Of a stretch of 52,001 nt of DNA, positions 31,554 through 40,086 are shown one piece after another. Within the stretch, counting starts at the first letter, position 1; every line of letters begins with the position of its first letter. The DNA is from Macrostomum lignano (Eukaryota), in assembly GCA_002269645.1 (NCBI GenBank), contig NIVC01004278.1, positions 1 through 52,001 on the forward strand, read 5' to 3'. The position numbers and the translations under genes are program-made. The notes beneath the pieces were generated by a model that ran no database searches, was not told the origin of the DNA, and worked only from the letters and a program-made list of their open reading frames with translations.

Positions 31554-34500
31554 AGTCCCCGCCGAGGACTTTAGTCGCTCAGCAGGCCACTGCTGAGACC
31601 GCCTCCGCCGCACCTGTACAGAACTCTGCACCTAAGCGACCTCGAAGGGATCCATTTTTAACTGGTGAGATTCAAGGCCGTTATTTTGCTTTCTTGCTTG
31701 ACACCGGTTCCAAATGCGAAGTCCTAGGCTTCAGCACCTGGCACCGCCTATGTACCGACGACCCGACCCTGCGTGGCCAAATCAAGCCCTGCCTGCAGCG
31801 CATTGTGACCTACAATGGTGAACCTATCCAGATGGCAGGAGAATTAACTATCAAAGTGAAGATCGGAAATTTCGAGCCTACCGTCAAGTTTCTGCTAGCG
31901 AAAGGATCGCATGACAACATCTTGGGCTTCGAGTTCCTTGAGAAGTACAGCACCTCCCTGGATCTCGCCGCCGGGATGCTGTTCTTTAAGGACGGCACTG
32001 CCGCACCACTCCGCTATACGCGAACTGAAGCCACCACGTGCAGAATCTACACGGCTGAGAGCACAACTGTGCCGCCGCTATCATCAGCCCGGATTAAAAT
32101 CAAGCTAGCTAAAGGACGCGAGGAAAACCAGGGTACACCTGCTGTGATCGAGCCGCTGAAACCGGCTCGGCGCGAAGAAGATGTGCAGCATCTGGACGCC
32201 GCGCCTGCCCTGATTTCTATGGCTAACGGAGAAGGCGCCATCGAGATGATTAACCGAGGCACTACAGCCATCAAAGTGCGAGCGAATGCCCTAGTCGGGA
32301 TTGCGAGACCCATCAGACTGCCTGAGCTACATTTCTTTCCGTTGAAGTCAGAAGATTCGGTCAACCAAATCCAAGACGAGGACCCTGACGCGTGGATCAA
32401 GGAGATCGACATCAGCGAGGACCTGTCCAGTGACCAGCGCGCTCAGGTCATCGAGCTGCTAAAGAAGTACAAGAACATCTTTTCCCAGGGGCCACACGAC
32501 CTCGGCCGAACTCATCTGGTCACCCACAGTATTGTGCTAAAGGACACTAATCCGGTGCATCTCCCGACGCGAAGGATCCCGCCGCATCTGCTGCCCAAAG
32601 TGGATCAGCTACTCGACGATCTACTTGCCAAAGGCGTGATTCGACCGAGCTTCTCCAGCTACAACACCCCGCTGGTGATCATCCCGAAGAAGGACGGCAG
32701 CCTAAGAATTGTACAAGATTTCAGGAGTCTGAACCAAAAGTGTGAGTACTTTCCGTACCCGATTCCTAATATCCAAGAAGCATTCGCCAGCCTCGAAGGA
32801 AGCCAGCTATTCAGTACGTTCGACCTCAATAGCGGCTACTATCAGATTCCGCTGCGTCCAGAGGATCAAGACCTGACTGCCTTCGCTACGCTGCACCGCG
32901 GACAATTCGCCTACAATGTTATGCCAATGGGACTCAGCTCAGCACCAGCCAGCTTCATGCGCCTCATGAACGCTGTGCTCAACGGGATTGCCTATAAAAG
33001 TGCTATCGCCTACCTGGATGACGTAATCGTCTATTCTAAGAAATTTAAGGACCATCTGCAGCATATGGAAGAGGTATTTAGGCGAGTCCAAGAAGCTAAC
33101 TTAAAGTTCAAAGGCAAAAAGTGCCATCTCTTTCGGGAAAGTCTAAACTATCTGGGACATGTGGTAACGAAGGACGGAATCAAGACCGATCCGGCGAAGA
33201 TTGAGGCAATTCAAACCTGGCCCAGACCAAGAACAGCGCGACAACTCAAAAGTTTCGTCTGCACGTGCGCTTACTATGCAAAATTTGTACCTGGCTACGC
33301 AGAACTTGCAGCTCCGCTCCACGATTTAATCAAAGAGAAGAAAATCCGAAATTTCAATTGTCTATGGGGAAAAGCCCAGCAAGACGCGTTCGACCAGCTC
33401 AAAGCAGCCTTGACTTCGACATCAGTGCTCGCGTATCCGCAGTTCAGCGAGGATCCTAGTGTAATGTTTATCCTGGACACGGATGCTTCTGCGACCAGAA
33501 TCGGAGCCTGCCTGAGCCAACGCCAAGCTGATGGAGTCGAGCGACCAATTGGCTATTTCTCCCGGCGACTCAAACCGGCCGAAGCCCGTTATCCAATTAC
33601 GAAGCAAGAGCTCTTGGCAGTCGTGGATGGAATGCGACACTTCAGATTCTACCTGCTAGCCAAGAAGTTTATCTGCCGAACCGATCATGCCGCACTAACC
33701 TGGATCTTAAGGCGAACTCAGCAAGAAGGAATTTTTGGACGATGGCTACAGCGCCTAAGTGAATTCGAGTTCCAGATCCAGCATCGAAAATCAAGTCAGC
33801 ATCAGAACGCCGACGGCCTCTCAAGACGGCCTGAGGACGACGCTGAATGTTTAGAGGAGGCTCAGCGAGAGGCCGCAGTCGAGGATCAAAGTAAGCAGCC
33901 AGCCGCGATAACTGGCGCGGCGGCGCCGAAGGTCCACGACAGCAGCCACCCTAGTCCTCCACCGAGCAAGAAGCGACCGACCCGCCGTCACCGACGAAAG
34001 CCGCCGACGAAATCAACTGAGTCCAACGGCGAGACTACGCCGCCCGCAACACCGACAGCCGACAGCAAGCCGCTGACAGAGCTGCATCCACCGGCGACGA
34101 AGTCGAGGCCATCTGCCAGTCGTTATCGGGACTCACAGAGGTCGCCCACCAGCTTTAGCAGCACGACATGTTGCCCGTCAAGGAGCCGCCGGCTACTAGC
34201 TGAAGGCGACGAGGATAGCGACCACAGCGCAGCCAGCGAAGACCGCTGCCAACCCGTTCGCCGTCCTGTGTTCAAGAAGGTGAGATTCAGCCTTGATACC
34301 GACAGTTCCGCTGACTCACTCTCATCTGCTGACGAATCTAATGCTGACGAAGCCGACGCTGATATGACCGACGAGGATCGGCCCTCAAATTCTTCTTCGA
34401 CCCGGCAACAGGCCAGAGTAGCGATTATGAGGAGGGAGCTCCAGACCCCGAACCATGCCGCCACAGCCGAAGCCGCGCCGACTAATCCGACTAACCGACG

Positions 34501-36073
34501 CCAAACTTTAAATTTAACAGATCACATTCCGAGGCCAGTCACTCGCGAGGAGCTCCAGACCCATCAGCGAGCTGACTCTGCTATCGCGATGCTGATTAAC
34601 TTAATCGAAAGTCGACAACCGAAGCCGCCGCTGAATCAGCGATTAAACCTGACGAGAGATGAGCGAAATCTCTTAGCGTTCTACGACCAGCTCGAAGTCC
34701 GAGACGATGGACTATTAGTCATCCATCTCGACGATGTTGGCGAAGAGGATAGAGCAAGGATCGTCCTGCCGAAGAGTCTCGATGCCACGGTGTTCGCCGA
34801 CCTGCATGGTTCGCCCTATTGCGGACACATGGGCCGAGACCTCACCATCGCGAAGGTGCGCGAGAGGTTCTGGCGACCGGCCCTGGCCAAGGCCGTGTCC
34901 GACTATGTTGCTTCCTGCCAGACCTGCACTCAGAGTAAAGGACGGCGACGCATCCCGGCGCATGTACAATCATTTCCGGTCTGTGAAATCTATGGGCGAT
35001 GTGCGATCGACATCATGGGCCCTACTGGCGACCCGACAGACCGAGGCAACAAGTACATCCTCACCTATGTCGACACTACGTCGAAGTATCCATTCGCTTT
35101 CGCCATGAAGAATCAGCGGGCCAAGACGATCATAACTCTGCTGCAGGAACAAGTCTTCCCAATCACCGGAATCCCCGCGTGGATCCATTCGGACCAAGGC
35201 AAGCAGTTCACTGGGCACGAGTTTCGACATTTCTGCGAAGTATATGGCATCCGGCAGACCACGACGCCGCCATACTCGCCCTGGGCAAACGGTCAAGCTG
35301 AATCGTGCAACAAAAACATCAAGAAGGTGCTCACTTGTCTTCTCGAAGATCATCAACAGTGGGACAAGATGCTGCCAGCCGCTTTGACAGCCCTGCGATC
35401 AGCTGTCAATCGTACGACGGGATTCTCGCCGCATTACGTCGTTTACGGAGTGCCTTATCGGTACCCAATCGATAACACCCTAGACCGCCTGGACGTATCG
35501 CCGGACCTCCCCGAGTACATCGCGAAGCATCAGCGCAGACTGGCCGAGACCGAGAGGATTGTGCGACAGCGCTTGCGAGCTGAGATCCAACGCCGTGAAG
35601 AATATTACGAGAACCGACCCAAGCCCGTGGAACTGCAGCCCGGAGATCTGGTGTGCTTAGCCAACCCGAAGCTCGAGTTGGGCGAATTGCCAAAGTTCCA
35701 CCGGCCGTACAAAAGCATGTACAAGGTCAGCAGAAAGGTCGGCGAAGTAGCCTATTGGATCCAGCCTGCGACAGCCCGACGTGGACGCCCCGCCGAAATG
35801 CTCGTACACCGCAACAACATCATCAAGGTGCCACAGATGATGGCCGACAGACCGCAGGAGCCGCCGCGTCAGACAGAACGGCCAATGCTGCCCTGCGAGT
35901 CGAGTGATGAAAGCGAAGTCGAACCAGCCGATCAGTCCGCTCCAGAACAGCCAGCCGCAGCTCAGCCTGATCTGCGCGGCAGCCAATTGTTCGAGCCGAG
36001 CCTCCGCCATCCGGAAGTGCTGCCCGAAGGCGACCCGGATCTGCCCGACATCGGCATGGAGCTCGAGATCTAA
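31403..36073 (+). CDS. Pol (protease, RT, RNase H, long insert, integrase) in the -1 frame relative to gag
   Basis: LLDTGS, YLDD, LDTDAS, NADGLSR, an HHCC zinc finger (H..GHMG..CQTC), IDIMGP/SDQG/AESCN DDE motifs and a GPY/F-like RPY. No internal stops. Confidence 0.97.
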   Translation: MLQVQPRASRRRMPAPTVGQHRVPAQRQLGKRDGWTRHRGQRHPAAEPALKSPPRTLVAQQATAETASAAPVQNSAPKRPRRDPFLTGEIQGRYFAFLLDTGSKCEVLGFSTWHRLCTDDPTLRGQIKPCLQRIVTYNGEPIQMAGELTIKVKIGNFEPTVKFLLAKGSHDNILGFEFLEKYSTSLDLAAGMLFFKDGTAAPLRYTRTEATTCRIYTAESTTVPPLSSARIKIKLAKGREENQGTPAVIEPLKPARREEDVQHLDAAPALISMANGEGAIEMINRGTTAIKVRANALVGIARPIRLPELHFFPLKSEDSVNQIQDEDPDAWIKEIDISEDLSSDQRAQVIELLKKYKNIFSQGPHDLGRTHLVTHSIVLKDTNPVHLPTRRIPPHLLPKVDQLLDDLLAKGVIRPSFSSYNTPLVIIPKKDGSLRIVQDFRSLNQKCEYFPYPIPNIQEAFASLEGSQLFSTFDLNSGYYQIPLRPEDQDLTAFATLHRGQFAYNVMPMGLSSAPASFMRLMNAVLNGIAYKSAIAYLDDVIVYSKKFKDHLQHMEEVFRRVQEANLKFKGKKCHLFRESLNYLGHVVTKDGIKTDPAKIEAIQTWPRPRTARQLKSFVCTCAYYAKFVPGYAELAAPLHDLIKEKKIRNFNCLWGKAQQDAFDQLKAALTSTSVLAYPQFSEDPSVMFILDTDASATRIGACLSQRQADGVERPIGYFSRRLKPAEARYPITKQELLAVVDGMRHFRFYLLAKKFICRTDHAALTWILRRTQQEGIFGRWLQRLSEFEFQIQHRKSSQHQNADGLSRRPEDDAECLEEAQREAAVEDQSKQPAAITGAAAPKVHDSSHPSPPPSKKRPTRRHRRKPPTKSTESNGETTPPATPTADSKPLTELHPPATKSRPSASRYRDSQRSPTSFSSTTCCPSRSRRLLAEGDEDSDHSAASEDRCQPVRRPVFKKVRFSLDTDSSADSLSSADESNADEADADMTDEDRPSNSSSTRQQARVAIMRRELQTPNHAATAEAAPTNPTNRRQTLNLTDHIPRPVTREELQTHQRADSAIAMLINLIESRQPKPPLNQRLNLTRDERNLLAFYDQLEVRDDGLLVIHLDDVGEEDRARIVLPKSLDATVFADLHGSPYCGHMGRDLTIAKVRERFWRPALAKAVSDYVASCQTCTQSKGRRRIPAHVQSFPVCEIYGRCAIDIMGPTGDPTDRGNKYILTYVDTTSKYPFAFAMKNQRAKTIITLLQEQVFPITGIPAWIHSDQGKQFTGHEFRHFCEVYGIRQTTTPPYSPWANGQAESCNKNIKKVLTCLLEDHQQWDKMLPAALTALRSAVNRTTGFSPHYVVYGVPYRYPIDNTLDRLDVSPDLPEYIAKHQRRLAETERIVRQRLRAEIQRREEYYENRPKPVELQPGDLVCLANPKLELGELPKFHRPYKSMYKVSRKVGEVAYWIQPATARRGRPAEMLVHRNNIIKVPQMMADRPQEPPRQTERPMLPCESSDESEVEPADQSAPEQPAAAQPDLRGSQLFEPSLRHPEVLPEGDPDLPDIGMELEI

Positions 36074-36245
36074 AAAGGTATTTACCAACGATTTTGCTAT
36101 TGCGCCAAGTTGCTAACTTTTGATGCGCATTACTGTCAGTAGTCACCTGTGCGAACGCGTTTTCAATTTTAGTTTGCTGTAAGCTTTCTCGGCACCCGCT
36201 CTGTGCTGAAAGCAGATTTTTAAAAGTTCATTTTTCAATTTTGCT

Positions 36246-36448
36246 CTTTCCTTATGCTTCAGGGTTAAAAGCAGTTCTCATTCTCCTTATGCTTTCAGGC
36301 TAAAAGCAAGCGCTAATTTTAATTTCAATGTACTTTCCTTATGCTTCAGGGTTAAAAGCAGTTGTCATTTCTCCTTATGCTTTCAGGCTAAAAGCAAGCG
36401 CTAATTTTAATTTCAATGTACTTTCCTTATGCTTTCTGGTAAAAGCAG
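36246..36448. repeat. ~87-bp tandem duplication (2 full units plus a partial) in the Gypsy 3' non-coding region
   Basis: Units start at 36246, 36333 and 36421, each built from two CCTTATGCT..TAAAAGCA sub-repeats. Confidence 0.85.
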
Positions 36449-37357
36449 TGTGTATTTGATCAGTCTAGTGCTCATGTACAGTGTACAATTTGCTATCACC
36501 CAGCGCGGATCATTAATCAGCACTTCTGCTCTTCATATTTCTCCCTTGCTGCAGTACAACCTGCGCTAATGCGACTTATTTAATCAATGCGTCAAATTTT
36601 ATTCAATGCGATACTATAAAATCATTGCTTAATCGCGTTCTAATCTAATTTTGCGCCTCCCCATATGCTGTAAACTTCTCGCACGCGATCAAAGTGCAGA
36701 AGTGTCCCAATTTTCTCGCCTTAAGCCTTTCGGAGAAAAGTAACTAATTTTTGCAAACTTTGCAGTTCGTTTTATGCTGAAGGTCCCTCGCTTCTATTTG
36801 TGTGCCCACTGTCTAAGGGCCAAACTGTCTTTTGCCCTGTCCAGGCCATGAGCCCCAGTTTTCCAACTAGGCCTTGTCCTCAGCGGAGGCCTTTGAGGTG
36901 ACTTGACCCCTTGTTTCTTTGTTCAGTTTAGTTCGAGCCTGGGAAAATTTTCGTGAGGGCTGCCTTTCGTTTCCCCTCTCCCAGTGCCAGTCGTTTGCTC
37001 TTGTTTTCCTGTAACTCCTTGTTGAGCCCACCAGTCTGACGATTTTGGTCACTAACTTACTTATACTACACTATCTTAGCTATAAGGAGCCACAATTGCT
37101 CCCTCTTTCTATCTATTTTATTTACTGTTTAACGCGATGTTCAGCTTTCCCAACCACCAACCCGCTTAATGTAAGCCGCTTAGGTGCCCCCATTCATTCA
37201 AATCAGAACCCCTGCCGCGCGTTTATCTGTTTTATGGCCCTTTTGGTTCTAACCACCCACCCCTTCACCATGCGTGCCCGCCATAGAGTGCATGCGGGGT
37301 GGAGGCCTGTTCCCGGTTAAGAACCCCTCGTTTCCATCTGCGTGACGGTATTCTGAG

Positions 37358-37365
37358 TATATAAG
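37358..37365 (+). promoter_or_regulatory. Candidate internal TATA box for ORF3
   Basis: TATATAAG about 120 nt upstream of GCCATGG at 37481. Motif only. Confidence 0.45.
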
Positions 37366-37480
37366 TCGCGCCCTGGCTCTGATTCTTTTGCTAATTGACA
37401 ATTATCCGGCTCGCCACTCATATTCTGCTGATATCATTGACTAATCCATTATCCGGCGACCAGGCTCAACTTCTTTCGCC

Positions 37481-38224
37481 ATGGCAAATCAGATGTGGAG
37501 TGCTGGCGCCCCCGACTGGCGGATATTCGACGTCCCGATGGTGACGGGGCCATCCGAGCTCCACACGCCTCCTGCGCCCGCCCCAAGCCCGGACGTCGGA
37601 GTCGAGCAATACCTGGACCTAGTCCACGCCGCGCCTGCGCCAGAGGCCGACGACACCGACTTCTTGCGACTGCTAGAATACGGCCCCGAAGTCACGCCGC
37701 CACTGCCGCCATCTGCCTGGTCAAGCACCTCCAGCCAGGTCAACTCGGAGGCATCGGGCGCCCCAGCCTCGGAGTCGGAAGCAGCCCCACCGGCCGGGAT
37801 GGAGCCTGCCCAAATGCTCCAGGAGCTACTCTACCTGGAAGTGCTGCGTCCCCCGGGGCCGAGACATGTCAATGATTGTCAGACTTGGGACATCGTGGCC
37901 CGCCAACATACAGCCGCCGACACCGCCCTGGCGCTCGAGGCCGCGGCGGCTCTAACGGGTCTCCGGTTGCAAGCTGAGACCACCGGCCCACAGCTGGGAC
38001 CCTGCTGCACGCTTGTTGCTCGATATGTGGAGCACGTCCGGCAACGCGGCATCCCGCCGGTCATCGAAAACCTGTGCAGAGCGGCCCGAGTAGCAAGCTC
38101 GTCCACTCGGTCGAACCGGAGCGAGACGCCGAGCGAGACGCCGGCCGTGACACCGACCGAGGCCCGCAGCTCTCGCCCTCCGACTCGCGGCAGAGCACCC
38201 CCCAGCCGAGGCGGACGCCAGTGA
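37481..38224 (+). CDS. Gypsy ORF3, 247 aa, unknown function, not env-like
   Basis: ATG in strong Kozak context (GCCATGG), GC-rich coding-like composition against AT-rich flanks, ending 47 nt before the 3' LTR. No signal peptide or TM segment evident. Confidence 0.7.
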   Translation: MANQMWSAGAPDWRIFDVPMVTGPSELHTPPAPAPSPDVGVEQYLDLVHAAPAPEADDTDFLRLLEYGPEVTPPLPPSAWSSTSSQVNSEASGAPASESEAAPPAGMEPAQMLQELLYLEVLRPPGPRHVNDCQTWDIVARQHTAADTALALEAAAALTGLRLQAETTGPQLGPCCTLVARYVEHVRQRGIPPVIENLCRAARVASSSTRSNRSETPSETPAVTPTEARSSRPPTRGRAPPSRGGRQ

Positions 38225-38271
38225 CAGTAGGACTACTGTCATTTTTATTTTAATCCCGGCCCGCCCGTGCA

Positions 38272-39170
38272 TGTGGCAGGTGGCTGCCCCTGTTTCTTTA
38301 ATATTTATTTTTGCAGTTTTAAAAACTTTCAAAATTCAAAAATTGATGTTTCACGTTAAGTGCACATTTCCCAAGCCGGGACAGTTTTTTCGAAAAGTTA
38401 TCACGCACCCCATCCCGCTATGGGATTTCTTTAATTCCCATCCCGTGTAAGTGTTTCCCTCCGTATGCCCCCTTTCGTATCACGCTTAATTGTATGTTTT
38501 CTTGTTACTTTGCCGTCGCTGGACCAAACGCGTATGTGTAATTTTCCTTATTCTGGTCTGGTATAAGCTTTGGTTAATTCATTAATTAAATAGTCGTCGC
38601 ACCGCGGCACGCCGAATCCATCTCCGTCAATAATTAAGTAATCTGTCAGATATCCTGCTCAAACCAATAAATAAAAATTAATATTCCGCCAATTTATTAA
38701 TATTCATTCGTTGACATTAAGCCATAGCCTATCTTGAGTCTTTTGCCCGTGGGGCGTTAAATAACCAAGTTTTCTCAGCTCAAAGAAAGCTCAGAGACTT
38801 ATTCGTTCCGTAATACGTAATTACGGTGGTGGCAGCTCTACCCTACTGAAAGTAACAAGCTCAGCAAATCGACACATTAATTTACGGTGTCTGTATCTCC
38901 GGTGTTTCATCGCTTTGAACGACCGCGCCGCTACACGACCGCTCCGCTACGACTGCAACTACCCTCCCCCCGGACTTGAGGACCCGGCTGTCGGAGTACA
39001 ACAGGAGAAGGAATTTCGTTGTGATTCGTCTGCGCGTTTTTCCGGTTTTATTCGTGCGAACTCAACGCCGGCGGCAATTCAAACGAGGAATCCGCCCCAC
39101 CTCACTGGTGCCTGCAAATTCAAAACAACCGTACAAGGAAAAGATTGTCCTTTTCTCCACCCCCACCTCA
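38272..39170 (+). repeat. 3' LTR (899 bp)
   Basis: Matches the 5' LTR in the segments compared, except that 29289-29447 (159 bp) is replaced by TG. Confidence 0.95.
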
Positions 39171-39735
39171 TTATTAATGTTAAAAATAGATAAAAATATT
39201 AGAAACAGGTAGAGTAAAACAAAGATACTTTTAGTAAACTGTATTATCAACCTAGAAACTTATAAAATATACCTAAAAAAGTACAATAAAACACTAGCAA
39301 ACTCTAACTTTTATTAATGTGAAAAAGTTTAGTGTTAGTACTTTAAGTAACGATTAAGTATTGTTGCTCTGAACAAAGACGAAATATAATCTTACAAAGG
39401 CAATTGAGTGTTTCTTTTATTTTCTAATTTAATTTGCAGTTGTTTAAGCACTAGGTTATCGTCTTGATTCAAATTTTTTTATTTTTTAGTCTTTTGTTAA
39501 AACTACGGCTACGGCTACGGGAACTACGGGAATATGGTAATTTCGGGGTCCCTACGGCTACGGATACGGAGAATTGGAATAAGCCGTAGTTTTGCTTACG
39601 GCTACGGCTACGGTACATGGACCCTCCTTACGGCGGAACACTACCTAAAAACAATAGATTTTTTACAAACCATGAAAAAAAACGTACATTATAATTGCCT
39701 GCATTTATGTCATAAAACTGTTAAAAACTGTAAAA

Positions 39736-40086
39736 CACACTGGGAAAAAAGCTAGCGGCCCGCTAGTCGCAGCCGCCAGCGGGCCGATATCGGGCCGACT
39801 GGCGGCGTGTCACGTGATCCACCCGCGGCCCACTAGCGGCTATTTATTTATTATATAGAACTATCTGTAATAATTATGATTAAGTCGGCAATATCGCGGC
39901 AATGTTATACTTGCCGCTCCCATGCCACCAAGTTACAATATTCAAAAAACATACTTAAATGGAAACGATTAATCACTTTATACATAAAGTACGCGAAAAA
40001 AGTACATTTTTGCATAAAACAACTCTTTTTTGTGCCGCTATGTTACCGCCATGCCGCTTTCGGGCCGCTAGCTTTTTCCCAGTGGG
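39736..40086. mobile_element. 351-bp MITE, CMC/EnSpm-like
   Basis: About 26-bp TIR C(A/C)CACTGGGAAAAA(A)GCTAGCGGCCCG with a possible 2-bp TSD AA. Superfamily is inference. Confidence 0.7.

Larger units (their letters stand above)
29002..39170 (+). mobile_element. Full-length Ty3/Gypsy LTR retrotransposon (10,169 bp)
   Basis: TG..CA LTRs at 29002-30057 and 38272-39170, 4-bp TSD TTAT, PBS-like TGG at 30059, gag, and pol in the order PR-RT-RH-IN. Confidence 0.97.
28833..39643. mobile_element. Element A, copy 4 (CpG-intact), split by the Gypsy insertion
   Basis: Halves 28833-29001 and 39171-39643 rejoin to about 638 bp. Flanks GCTAAAAA / CCTAAAAA (7/8). Confidence 0.88.

Noticed and set aside
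31017-38332. Antisense and alternative-frame ORFs overlapping gag, pol and ORF3
   Set aside because: These are expected shadows of GC-rich coding sequence with no recognisable motifs.
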